This document shows positions 12,701 to 27,700 of a stretch of 64,000 bases of DNA, piece by piece. Every line of letters begins with the position of its first letter. Position 1 is the stretch's first letter. Position numbers and translations under genes: made by a program. The notes beneath the pieces were generated by a model. It had not been told where the DNA came from, did no database searches, and saw only the letters and a program-made list of their open reading frames with translations. The stretch is from contig JAUCBJ010009125.1 in assembly GCA_032718475.1 (NCBI GenBank), positions 1-64,000 of the forward strand. The letters are read 5' to 3'. This stretch comes from Nemertoderma westbladi. Its lineage: Eukaryota; Animalia; Xenacoelomorpha.

Positions 12701-15700
12701 TCTCTCTGCGTGAGCACTCTTATTTATTTTCCACAAAGAAGCAGATCCCCGGTATTTTTGGTGTCGCCGCACATTCTAAAATTGTTATAACTCTTGGGCG
12801 AGTTGATTAAATTTTATAAAATTAAGTGTCATACTCATCATAATTCAAAGCAATCGATTAATGGAATACAGTTGGACTCACCTTCACCCATAGATCGTCT
12901 CCTAGAGCTTCGGCGAAGTAGCGGCATCCGGGGTCCCCGACCGTCGGGTTCCCATTAAGCGTAATCCGTCGGAGTCCGCCCATCTCGTCGAGGTTCGGGA
13001 TCCGGTACCGCAACGAATTCCGCCACGCCTCCGAGTGACGCAGACTCGACTGGTGCTGCAAATAATACCAACACGGAAATCTTAAAAACTAACAGCCTTC
13101 GCACAAATTACAACAGATGCCAATATTTATGAAAAAAAGTTACAATTTTAAATAGTTAAAGCTATCAGTATTTCCGTTCAGGCATCTCCAACTTTTATAA
13201 TATTTCGAATTTCCACAAACTTTCAGTATGTATTTATGGAATAAAATTACGCGTAGTTTATATATTTCACACAGATTTCGAGATTTCAGATTCAGATTTT
13301 TCAGATTTAATTTCAATTCTTCATACAAATAAACATATAAAAGACATCGCACTACATATACAATAATATAATACAATATTAACACAGTGTATAATAAATG
13401 TAATGGCTAATCTATTGAACTCATTAAGCTTCCTTATTCAGTCCAACTTTCAATCGGATCGCGAAAGAAGCTAAACGGAAGTGCGTCATCCGAGTTATAC
13501 AAGGAGTTTGGGTAATGAAGTATTTCGTACCGAGGATGGGATGTACCCAGCCAAGAAACTGTTTATCGTTTAGTACCACCACCACCACCATACGCATTGA
13601 GACAAAAGGAAACAAGGCAAATAATAGGTTGATGATGGAGTGGCTAGCAGTATGCTGAGTGGGGGAGTAGGGTGCTTGGATACCAAGCTGGCTTTACTGA
13701 GGCATATGACAACCAACCAATAACTACAACATTCGGCAGCTCAAATGCACACTACTACTGCCGCGGATAAGTGTCTTTTATTCTACGCTTCTTTAAGGTA
13801 TTAATAATTTATTACGTAGATTTTAGATAACTATATATTTTGTTCAAATTTGAACGCCGGGATATAATGTAAAACTATTATCTGAATTATTAATGCGACC
13901 GAACATATGATGGCTAAAACTCCAACGGCAGCAGACAAAAACGTCATTGCCCTAAATAATCTCCGCGACACTATGTATTTATGTAATTTCAGAGTGTCAG
14001 TGGACGGCGACTGGTTGTGTTTAAGGGAGCTGGATGACGTCACTGTTACAGACAGTCATCCAAAACGTCGCAACAGTCCATCAGGTTAGTTAGTAGGTCA
14101 GGTCGTGTCTTGTTACCGGTACTAATAGTATATCGCCTACCCTGTATGTGTTTGTTACCGGTACTAATAGTATATCGCCTACAATGTATGTGTTTGTTAC
14201 CGGTACTAATAGTATATCGCCTACCATGTATGTGTTTGTTACCGGTACTAATAGTATATCGCCTACAATGTATGTGTTTGTTACCGGTACTAATAGTATA
14301 TCGCCTACAATGTATGTGTTTGTTACCGGTACTAATAGTATATCGCCTATCCTGTATGTGTTTGTTACCGGTACTAATAGTATATCGTCTACAATGTATG
14401 TGTTTGTTACCGGTACTAATAGTATATCGCCTACCATGTATGTGTTTGTTACCGGTACTAATAGTATATCGCCTACCCTGTATGTGTTTGTTACCGGTAC
14501 TAATAGTATATCGCCTACCCTGTATGTGTTTGTTACCGGTACTAATAGTATATCGCCTACCCTGTATGTGTTTGTTACCGGTACTAATAGTATATCGCCT
14601 ACCCTGTATGTGTTTGTTACCGGTACTAATAGTATATCGCCTACCCTGTATGTGTTTGTTACCGGTACTAATAGTATATCGCCTACCCTGTATGTGTTTG
14701 TTACCGGTACTAATAGTATATCACATACCACGTATGTGTTTGTTACCGGTACTAATAGTATATCGCCTACCCTGTATGTGTTTGTTACCGGTACTAATAG
14801 TATATCGCCTACCATGTATGTGTTTGTTACCGGTACTAATAGTATATCGCCTACCATGTATGTGTTTGTTACCGGTACTAATAGTATATCGCCTACAATG
14901 TATGTGTTTGTTACCGGCACTAATAGTATATCGCCTACAATGTATGTGTTTGTTACCGGTACTAATAGTATATCGCCTACCATGTATGTGTTTGTTACCG
15001 GTACTAATAGTATATCGCCTACAATGTATGTGTTTGTTACCGGTAATAATAGTATATCGCCTACCATATATGTGTTTGTTAGATTGTTACCGGTACTAAT
15101 AGTATATCGCCTATCCTGTATGTGTTTGTTACCGGTACTAATAGTATATCGCCTACAATGTATGTGTTTGTTACCGGTACTAATAGTATATCGTCTACCA
15201 TGTATGTGTTTGTTACCGGTACTAATAGTATATCGCCTACCATGTATGTGTTTGTTACCGGTACTAATAGTATATCGCCTACCATGTATGTGTTTGTTAC
15301 CGGTACTAATAGTATATCGCCTACCCTGTATGTGTTTGTTACCGGTACTAATAGTATATCGTCTACCATGTGTGTGTTTGTTACCGGTACTAATAGTATA
15401 TCGTCTACCATGTGTGTGTTTGTTACCGGTACTAATAGTATATCGTCTACCATGTGTGTGTTTGTTACCGGTACTAATAGTATATCGTCTACCATGTGTG
15501 TGTTTGTTACCGGTACTAATAGTATATCGTCTACCATGTGTGTGTTTGTTACCGGTACTAATAGTATATCGCCTACCATGTATGTGTTTGTTACCGGTAC
15601 TAATAGTATATCGCCTACCCTGTATGTGTTTGTTACCGGTACTAATGGTATATCGCCTACAATGTATGTGTTTGTTACCGGTACTAATAGTATATCGCCT

Positions 15701-18700
15701 ACCATGTATGTGTTTGTTACCGGTACTAATAGTATATCGCCTACAATGTATGTGTTTGTTACCGGTACTAATAGTATATCGCCTATCCTGTATGTGTTTG
15801 TTACCGGTACTAATGGTATATCGCCTACAATGTATGTGTTTGTTACCGGTACTAATAGTATATCGCCTACCATGTATGTGTTTGTTACCGGTACTAATGG
15901 TATATCGCCTACAATGTATGTGTTTGTTACCGGTACTAATAGTATATCGCCTACCATGTATATGTTTGTTACCGGTACTAATAGTATATCGCCTATCCTG
16001 TATGTGTTCGTTACCGGTACTAATAGTATATCGCCTACAATGTATGTGTTTGTTACCGGTACTAATAGTATATCGCCTACCATGTATATGTTTGTTACCG
16101 GTACTAATAGTATATCGCCTACCCTGTATGTGTTTGTTACCGGTACTAATAGTATATCGCCTACCCTGTATGTGTTTGTTACCGGTACTAATAGTATATC
16201 ACATACCACGTATGTGTTTGTTACCGGTACTAATAGTATATCGCCTACAATGTATGTGTTTGTTACCGGTACTAATAGTATATCGCCTATCCTGTATGTG
16301 TTTGTTACCGGTACTAATAGTATATCGCCTACCATGTATGTGTTTGTTACCGGTACTAATAGTATATCACATACCACGTATGTGTTTGTTACCGGTACTA
16401 ATAGTATATCGCCTACCCTGTATGTGTTTGTTAACGGTACTAATAGTATATCGCCTACCATGTATGTGTTTGTTACCGGTACTAATAGTATATCACATAC
16501 CACGTATGTGTTTGTTACCGGTACTAATAGTATATCGCCTACCCTGTATGTGTTTGTTACCGGTACTAATAGTATATCGCCTACCCTGTATGTGTTTGTT
16601 ACCGGTACTAATAGTATATCGCCTACAATGTATGTGTTTGTTACCGGTACTAATAGTATATCGCCTACCCTGTATGTGTTTGTTACCGGTACTAATAGTA
16701 TATCGCCTACCCTGTATATGTTTGTTACCGGTACTAATAGTATATCGCCTACCATGTATGTGTTTGTTACCGGTACTAATAGTATATCGCCTACAATATA
16801 TGTGTTTGTTACCGGTACTAATAGTATATCACCTACCCTGTATATGTTTGTTACCGGTACTAATAGTATATCGCCTACCATATATATAGATTGTTACCGG
16901 CACTAATAGTATATCACCTACCCTGTATGTGTTGTTACCGGTACTAATAGTATATCGCCTACCCTGTATGTGTTTGTTACCGGTACTAATAGTATATCGC
17001 CTACCCTGTATGTGTTTGTTACCGGTACTAATAGTATATCGCCTACCCTGTATGTGTTTGTTACCGGTAATAATAGTATATCGCCTATCCTGTATGTGTT
17101 TGTTACCGGTACTAATAGTATATCGCCTACCCTGTATGTGTTTGTTACCGGTAATAATAGTATATCGCCTATCCTGTATGTGTTTGTTACCGGTACTAAT
17201 AATATATCGCCTACCCTGTATGTGTTTGTTACCGGTACTAATAGTATATCGCCTACCCTGTATGTGTTTGTTACCGGTACTAATAGTATATCGCCTACCC
17301 TGTATGTGTTTGTTACCGGTACTAATAGTATATCGCCTACCCTGTATGTGTTGTTACCGGTACTAATAGTATATCGCCTACCCTGTATGTGTTTGTTACC
17401 GGTACTAATAGTATATCGCCTACCCTGTATGTGTTTGTTACCGGTACTAATAGTATATCGCCTACCCTGTATGTGTTTGTTACCGGTAATAATAGTATAT
17501 CGCCTATCCTGTATGTGTTTGTTACCGGTACTAATAGTATATCACCTACCCTGTATGTGTTTGTTACCGGTACTAATAGTATATCACCTACCCTGTATGT
17601 GTTGTTACCGGTACTAATAGTATATTGCCTACCCTGTATGTGTTTGTTACCGGTAATAATAGTATATCGCCTATCCTGTATGTGTTTGTTACCGGTACTA
17701 ATAGTATATCGCCTACAATGTATGTGTTTGTTACCGGTACTAATAGTATATCGCCTACCCTGTATGTGTTTGTTACCGGTAATAATAGTATATCGCCTAT
17801 CCTGTATGTGTTTGTTACCGGTACTAATAGTATATCGCCTACAATGTATGTGTTTGTTACCGGTACTAATAGTATATCGCCTACCCTGTATGTGTTTGTT
17901 ACCGGTACTAATAGTATATCGCCTACCCTGTATGTGTTTGTTACCGGTACTAATAGTATATCGCCTACAATGTATGTGTTTGTTACCGGTACTAATAGTA
18001 TATCGCCTACCCTGTATGTGTTTGTTACCGGTAATAATAGTATATCGCCTATCCTGTATGTGTTTGTTACCGGTACTAATAGTATATCGCCTACCCTGTA
18101 TGTGTTTGTTACCGGTACTAATAGTATATCGCCTACAATGTATGTGTTTGTTACCGGTACTAATAGTATATCGCCTACCATGTATGTGTTTGTTACCGGT
18201 ACTAATAGTATATCGCCTACCATGTATGTGTTTGTTACCGGTACTAATAGTATATCGCCTACCCTGTATGTGTTTGTTACCGGTACTAATAGTATATCGT
18301 CTACCATGTGTGTGTTTGTTACCGGTACTAATAGTATATCGTCTACCATGTGTGTGTTTGTTACCGGTACTAATAGTATATCGTCTACCATGTGTGTGTT
18401 TGTTACCGGTACTAATAGTATATCGTCTACCATGTGTGTGTTTGTTACCGGTACTAATAGTATATCGTCTACCATGTGTGTGTTTGTTACCGGTACTAAT
18501 AGTATATCGCCTACCATGTATGTGTTTGTTACCGGTACTAATAGTATATCGCCTACCCTGTATGTGTTTGTTACCGGTACTAATGGTATATCGCCTACAA
18601 TGTATGTGTTTGTTACCGGTACTAATAGTATATCGCCTACCATGTATGTGTTTGTTACCGGTACTAATAGTATATCGCCTACAATGTATGTGTTTGTTAC

Positions 18701-21700
18701 CGGTACTAATAGTATATCGCCTATCCTGTATGTGTTTGTTACCGGTACTAATGGTATATCGCCTACAATGTATGTGTTTGTTACCGGTACTAATAGTATA
18801 TCGCCTACCATGTATGTGTTTGTTACCGGTACTAATGGTATATCGCCTACAATGTATGTGTTTGTTACCGGTACTAATAGTATATCGCCTACCATGTATA
18901 TGTTTGTTACCGGTACTAATAGTATATCGCCTATCCTGTATGTGTTCGTTACCGGTACTAATAGTATATCGCCTACAATGTATGTGTTTGTTACCGGTAC
19001 TAATAGTATATCGCCTACCATGTATATGTTTGTTACCGGTACTAATAGTATATCGCCTACCCTGTATGTGTTTGTTACCGGTACTAATAGTATATCGCCT
19101 ACCCTGTATGTGTTTGTTACCGGTACTAATAGTATATCACATACCACGTATGTGTTTGTTACCGGTACTAATAGTATATCGCCTACAATGTATGTGTTTG
19201 TTACCGGTACTAATAGTATATCGCCTATCCTGTATGTGTTTGTTACCGGTACTAATAGTATATCGCCTACCATGTATGTGTTTGTTACCGGTACTAATAG
19301 TATATCACATACCACGTATGTGTTTGTTACCGGTACTAATAGTATATCGCCTACCCTGTATGTGTTTGTTAACGGTACTAATAGTATATCGCCTACCATG
19401 TATGTGTTTGTTACCGGTACTAATAGTATATCACATACCACGTATGTGTTTGTTACCGGTACTAATAGTATATCGCCTACCCTGTATGTGTTTGTTACCG
19501 GTACTAATAGTATATCGCCTACCCTGTATGTGTTTGTTACCGGTACTAATAGTATATCGCCTACAATGTATGTGTTTGTTACCGGTACTAATAGTATATC
19601 GCCTACCCTGTATGTGTTTGTTACCGGTACTAATAGTATATCGCCTACCCTGTATATGTTTGTTACCGGTACTAATAGTATATCGCCTACCATGTATGTG
19701 TTTGTTACCGGTACTAATAGTATATCGCCTACAATATATGTGTTTGTTACCGGTACTAATAGTATATCACCTACCCTGTATATGTTTGTTACCGGTACTA
19801 ATAGTATATCGCCTACCATATATATAGTTGTTACCGGCACTAATAGTATATCACCTACCCTGTATGTGTTGTTACCGGTACTAATAGTATATCGCCTACC
19901 CTGTATGTGTTTGTTACCGGTACTAATAGTATATCGCCTACCCTGTATGTGTTTGTTACNNNNNNNNNNNNNNNNNNNNNNNNNNNNNNNNNNNNNNNNN
20001 NNNNNNNNNNNNNNNNNNNNNNNNNNNNNNNNNNNNNNNNNNNNNNNNNNNNNNNNNNNTAGTATATCGCCTACCCTGTATGTGTTTGTTACCGGTACTA
20101 ATGGTATATCGCCTACAATGTATGTGTTTGTTACCGGTACTAATAGTATATCGCCTACCATGTATGTGTTTGTTACCGGTACTAATAGTATATCGCCTAC
20201 AATGTATGTGTTTGTTACCGGTACTAATAGTATATCGCCTATCCTGTATGTGTTTGTTACCGGTACTAATGGTATATCGCCTACAATGTATGTGTTTGTT
20301 ACCGGTACTAATAGTATATCGCCTACCATGTATGTGTTTGTTACCGGTACTAATGGTATATCGCCTACAATGTATGTGTTTGTTACCGGTACTAATAGTA
20401 TATCGCCTACCATGTATATGTTTGTTACCGGTACTAATAGTATATCGCCTATCCTGTATGTGTTCGTTACCGGTACTAATAGTATATCGCCTACAATGTA
20501 TGTGTTTGTTACCGGTACTAATAGTATATCGCCTACCATGTATATGTTTGTTACCGGTACTAATAGTATATCGCCTACCCTGTATGTGTTTGTTACCGGT
20601 ACTAATAGTATATCGCCTACCCTGTATGTGTTTGTTACCGGTACTAATAGTATATCACATACCACGTATGTGTTTGTTACCGGTACTAATAGTATATCGC
20701 CTACAATGTATGTGTTTGTTACCGGTACTAATAGTATATCGCCTATCCTGTATGTGTTTGTTACCGGTACTAATAGTATATCGCCTACCATGTATGTGTT
20801 TGTTACCGGTACTAATAGTATATCACATACCACGTATGTGTTTGTTACCGGTACTAATAGTATATCGCCTACCCTGTATGTGTTTGTTAACGGTACTAAT
20901 AGTATATCGCCTACCATGTATGTGTTTGTTACCGGTACTAATAGTATATCACATACCACGTATGTGTTTGTTACCGGTACTAATAGTATATCGCCTACCC
21001 TGTATGTGTTTGTTACCGGTACTAATAGTATATCGCCTACCCTGTATGTGTTTGTTACCGGTACTAATAGTATATCGCCTACAATGTATGTGTTTGTTAC
21101 CGGTACTAATAGTATATCGCCTACCCTGTATGTGTTTGTTACCGGTACTAATAGTATATCGCCTACCCTGTATATGTTTGTTACCGGTACTAATAGTATA
21201 TCGCCTACCATGTATGTGTTTGTTACCGGTACTAATAGTATATCGCCTACAATATATGTGTTTGTTACCGGTACTAATAGTATATCACCTACCCTGTATA
21301 TGTTTGTTACCGGTACTAATAGTATATCGCCTACCATATATATAGATTGTTACCGGCACTAATAGTATATCACCTACCCTGTATGTGTTGTTACCGGTAC
21401 TAATAGTATATCGCCTACCCTGTATGTGTTTGTTACCGGTACTAATAGTATATCGCCTACCCTGTATGTGTTTGTTACCGGTACTAATAGTATATCGCCT
21501 ACCCTGTATGTGTTTGTTACCGGTAATAATAGTATATCGCCTATCCTGTATGTGTTTGTTACCGGTACTAATAGTATATCGCCTACCCTGTATGTGTTTG
21601 TTACCGGTAATAATAGTATATCGCCTATCCTGTATGTGTTTGTTACCGGTACTAATAGTATATCGCCTACCCTGTATGTGTTTGTTACCAGTAATAATAG

Positions 21701-24700
21701 TATATCGCCTATCCTGTATGTGTTTGTTACCGGTACTAATAGTATATCGCCTACCCTGTATGTGTTTGTTACCGGTACTAATAGTATATCGCCTACCCTG
21801 TATGTGTTTGTTACCGGTACTAATAGTATATCGCCTACCCTGTATGTGTTTGTTACCGGTAATAATAGTATATCGCCTATCCTGTATGTGTTTGTTACCG
21901 GTACTAATAATATATCGCCTACCCTGTATGTGTTTGTTACCGGTACTAATAGTATATCGCCTACCCTGTATGTGTTTGTTACCGGTACTAATAGTATATC
22001 GCCTACCCTGTATGTGTTTGTTACCGGTACTAATAGTATATCGCCTACCCTGTATGTGTTGTTACCGGTACTAATAGTATATCGCCTACCCTGTATGTGT
22101 TTGTTACCGGTACTAATAGTATATCGCCTACCCTGTATGTGTTTGTTACCGGTACTAATAGTATATCGCCTACCCTGTATGTGTTTGTTACCGGTAATAA
22201 TAGTATATCGCCTATCCTGTATGTGTTTGTTACCGGTACTAATAGTATATCACCTACCCTGTATGTGTTTGTTACCGGTACTAATAGTATATCACCTACC
22301 CTGTATGTGTTGTTACCGGTACTAATAGTATATCGCCTACCCTGTATGTGTTTGTTACCGGTAATAATAGTATATCGCCTATCCTGTATGTGTTTGTTAC
22401 CAGTACTAATAGTATATCGCCTACAATGTATGTGTTTGTTACCGGTACTAATAGTATATCGCCTACCCTGTATGTGTTTGTTACCGGTAATAATAGTATA
22501 TCGCCTATCCTGTATGTGTTTGTTACCGGTACTAATAGTATATCGCCTACAATGTATGTGTTTGTTACCGGTACTAATAGTATATCGCCTACCCTGTATG
22601 TGTTTGTTACCGGTACTAATAGAATATCGCCTACCCTGTATGTGTTTGTTACCGGTACTAATAGTATATCGCCTACAATGTATGTGTTTGTTACCGGTAC
22701 TAATAGTATATCGCCTACCCTGTATGTGTTTGTTACCGGTAATAATAGTATATCGCCTATCCTGTATGTGTTTGTTACCGGTACTAATAGTATATCGCCT
22801 ACCCTGTATGTGTTTGTTACCGGTACTAATAGTATATCGCCTACAATGTATGTGTTTGTTACCGGTACTAATAGTATATCGCCTACCCTGTATGTGTTTG
22901 TTACCGGTAATAATAGTATATCGCCTATCCTGTATGTGTTTGTTACCGGTACTAATAGTATATCACCTACCCTGTATGTGTTTGTTACCGGTACTAATAG
23001 TATATCGCCTACCCTGTATGTGTTTGTTACCGGTAATAATAGTATATCGCCTATCCTGTATGTGTTTGTTACCGGTACTAATAGTATATCGCCTACAATG
23101 TATGTGTTTGTTACCGGTACTAATAGTATATCGCCTACCCTGTATGTGTTTGTTACCGGTAATAATAGTATATCGCCTATCCTGTATGTGTTTGTTACCG
23201 GTACTAATAGTATATCGCCTATCATGTATGTGTTTGTTACCGGTAATAATAGTATATCGCCTATCCTGTATGTGTTTGTTACCGGTACTAATAGTATATC
23301 GCCTACCATGTATGTGTTTGTTACCGGTACTAATAGTATATCGCCTACCCTGTATGTGTTTGTTACCGGTACTAATAGTATATCACCTACCCTGTATGTG
23401 TTTGTTACCGGTACTAATAGTATATCGTCTACCATGTATGTGTTTGTTACCGGTACTAATAGTATATCGCCTACCATATATGTGTTTGTTAGATTGTTAC
23501 CGGTACTAATAGTATATCGCCTACCATATATGTGTTTGTTACCGGTACTAATAGTATATCGCCTACAATGTGTGTGTTTGTTACCGGTACTAATAGTATA
23601 TCGCCTACCCTGTATGTGTTTGTTACCGGTACTAATAGTATATCGCCTACCACGAATGTGTTTGTTAGATTGTTACCGGTACTAATAGTATATCGCCTAC
23701 CCTGTATGTGTTTGTTACCGGTACTAATAGTATATCGCCTACCATATATGTGTTTGTTACCGGTACTAATAGTATATCGCCTACCCTGTATGTGTTTGTT
23801 ACCGGTACTAATAGTATATCGCCTACCCTGTATGTGTTTGTTACCGGTAATAATAGTATATCGCCTATCCTGTATGTGTTTGTTACCGGTACTAATAATA
23901 TATCGCCTACCCTGTATGTGTTTGTTACTGGTACTAATAGTATATCGCCTACCATATATGTGTTTGTTACCGGTACTAATAGTATATCGCCTACCCTGTA
24001 TGTGTTTGTTACCGGTACTAATAGTATATCGCCTACCCTGTATGTGTTTGTTACCGGTACTAATAGTATATCGCCTACCCTGTATGTGTTTGTTACCGGT
24101 AATAATAGTATATCGCCTATCCTGTATGTGTTTGTTACCGGTACTAATGGTATATCGCCTACAATGTATGTGTTTGTTACCGGTACTAATAGTATATCGC
24201 CTACCCTGTATGTGTTTGTTACCGGTAATAATAGTATATCACCTACCATGTATGTGTTTGTTACCGGTAATAATAGTATATCGCCTATCCTGTATGTGTT
24301 TGTTACCGGTACTAATAGTATATCACCTACCCTGTATGTGTTTGTTACCGGTACTAATAGTATATCACCTACCCTGTATGTGTTGTTACCGGTACTAATA
24401 GTATATCGCCTATCCTGTATGTGTTTGTTACCGGTACTAATAGTATATCGCCTACCCTGTATGTGTTTGTTACCGGTACTAATAGTATATCGCCTACCCT
24501 GTATGTGTTTGTTACCGGTACTAATAGTATATCGCCTACCCTGTATGTGTTTGTTACCGGTAATAATAGTATATCGCCTATCCTGTATGTGTTTGTTACC
24601 GGTACTAATAATATATCGCCTACCCTGTATGTGTTTGTTACCGGTACTAATAGTATATCGCCTACCCTGTATGTGTTTGTTACCGGTACTAATAGTATAT

Positions 24701-27700
24701 CGCCTACCCTGTATGTGTTTGTTACCGGTACTAATAGTATATCGCCTACCCTGTATGTGTTGTTACCGGTACTAATAGTATATCGCCTACCCTGTATGTG
24801 TTTGTTACCGGTACTAATAGTATATCGCCTACCCTGTATGTGTTTGTTACCGGTACTAATAGTATATCGCCTACCCTGTATGTGTTTGTTACCGGTAATA
24901 ATAGTATATCGCCTATCCTGTATGTGTTTGTTACCGGTACTAATAGTATATCACCTACCCTGTATGTGTTTGTTACCGGTACTAATAGTATATCACCTAC
25001 CCTGTATGTGTTGTTACCGGTACTAATAGTATATCGCCTACCCTGTATGTGTTTGTTACCGGTAATAATAGTATATCACATACCACGTATGTGTTTGTTA
25101 CCGGTACTAATAGTATATCGCCTACCCTGTATGTGTTTGTTACCGGTACTAATAGTATATCGCCTACCCTGTATGTGTTTGTTACCGGTACTAATAGTAT
25201 ATCGCCTACAATGTATGTGTTTGTTACCGGTACTAATAGTATATCGCCTACCCTGTATGTGTTTGTTACCGGTACTAATAGTATATCGCCTACCCTGTAT
25301 ATGTTTGTTACCGGTACTAATAGTATATCGCCTACCATGTATGTGTTTGTTACCGGTACTAATAGTATATCGCCTACAATATATGTGTTTGTTACCGGTA
25401 CTAATAGTATATCACCTACCCTGTATATGTTTGTTACCGGTACTAATAGTATATCGCCTACCATATATATAGATTGTTACCGGCACTAATAGTATATCAC
25501 CTACCCTGTATGTGTTGTTACCGGTACTAATAGTATATCGCCTACCCTGTATGTGTTTGTTACCGGTACTAATAGTATATCGCCTACCCTGTATGTGTTT
25601 GTTACCGGTACTAATAGTATATCGCCTACCCTGTATGTGTTTGTTACCGGTAATAATAGTATATCGCCTATCCTGTATGTGTTTGTTACCGGTACTAATA
25701 GTATATCGCCTACCCTGTATGTGTTTGTTACCGGTAATAATAGTATATCGCCTATCCTGTATGTGTTTGTTACCGGTACTAATAATATATCGCCTACCCT
25801 GTATGTGTTTGTTACCGGTACTAATAGTATATCGCCTACCCTGTATGTGTTTGTTACCGGTACTAATAGTATATCGCCTACCCTGTATGTGTTTGTTACC
25901 GGTACTAATAGTATATCGCCTACCCTGTATGTGTTGTTACCGGTACTAATAGTATATCGCCTACCCTGTATGTGTTTGTTACCGGTACTAATAGTATATC
26001 GCCTACCCTGTATGTGTTTGTTACCGGTACTAATAGTATATCGCCTACCCTGTATGTGTTTGTTACCGGTAATAATAGTATATCGCCTATCCTGTATGTG
26101 TTTGTTACCGGTACTAATAGTATATCACCTACCCTGTATGTGTTTGTTACCGGTACTAATAGTATATCACCTACCCTGTATGTGTTGTTACCGGTACTAA
26201 TAGTATATTGCCTACCCTGTATGTGTTTGTTACCGGTAATAATAGTATATCGCCTATCCTGTATGTGTTTGTTACCGGTACTAATAGTATATCGCCTACA
26301 ATGTATGTGTTTGTTACCGGTACTAATAGTATATCGCCTACCCTGTATGTGTTTGTTACCGGTAATAATAGTATATCGCCTATCCTGTATGTGTTTGTTA
26401 CCGGTACTAATAGTATATCGCCTACAATGTATGTGTTTGTTACCGGTACTAATAGTATATCGCCTACCCTGTATGTGTTTGTTACCGGTACTAATAGTAT
26501 ATCGCCTACCCTGTATGTGTTTGTTACCGGTACTAATAGTATATCGCCTACAATGTATGTGTTTGTTACCGGTACTAATAGTATATCGCCTACCCTGTAT
26601 GTGTTTGTTACCGGTAATAATAGTATATCGCCTATCCTGTATGTGTTTGTTACCGGTACTAATAGTATATCGCCTACCCTGTATGTGTTTGTTACCGGTA
26701 CTAATAGTATATCGCCTACAATGTATGTGTTTGTTACCGGTACTAATAGTATATCGCCTACCATGTATGTGTTTGTTACCGGTACTAATAGTATATCGCC
26801 TACCATGTATGTGTTTGTTACCGGTACTAATAGTATATCGCCTACCCTGTATGTGTTTGTTACCGGTACTAATAGTATATCGTCTACCATGTGTGTGTTT
26901 GTTACCGGTACTAATAGTATATCGTCTACCATGTGTGTGTTTGTTACCGGTACTAATAGTATATCGTCTACCATGTGTGTGTTTGTTACCGGTACTAATA
27001 GTATATCGTCTACCATGTGTGTGTTTGTTACCGGTACTAATAGTATATCGTCTACCATGTGTGTGTTTGTTACCGGTACTAATAGTATATCGCCTACCAT
27101 GTATGTGTTTGTTACCGGTACTAATAGTATATCGCCTACCCTGTATGTGTTTGTTACCGGTACTAATGGTATATCGCCTACAATGTATGTGTTTGTTACC
27201 GGTACTAATAGTATATCGCCTACCATGTATGTGTTTGTTACCGGTACTAATAGTATATCGCCTACAATGTATGTGTTTGTTACCGGTACTAATAGTATAT
27301 CGCCTATCCTGTATGTGTTTGTTACCGGTACTAATGGTATATCGCCTACAATGTATGTGTTTGTTACCGGTACTAATAGTATATCGCCTACCATGTATGT
27401 GTTTGTTACCGGTACTAATGGTATATCGCCTACAATGTATGTGTTTGTTACCGGTACTAATAGTATATCGCCTACCATGTATATGTTTGTTACCGGTACT
27501 AATAGTATATCGCCTATCCTGTATGTGTTCGTTACCGGTACTAATAGTATATCGCCTACAATGTATGTGTTTGTTACCGGTACTAATAGTATATCGCCTA
27601 CCATGTATATGTTTGTTACCGGTACTAATAGTATATCGCCTACCCTGTATGTGTTTGTTACCGGTACTAATAGTATATCGCCTACCCTGTATGTGTTTGT

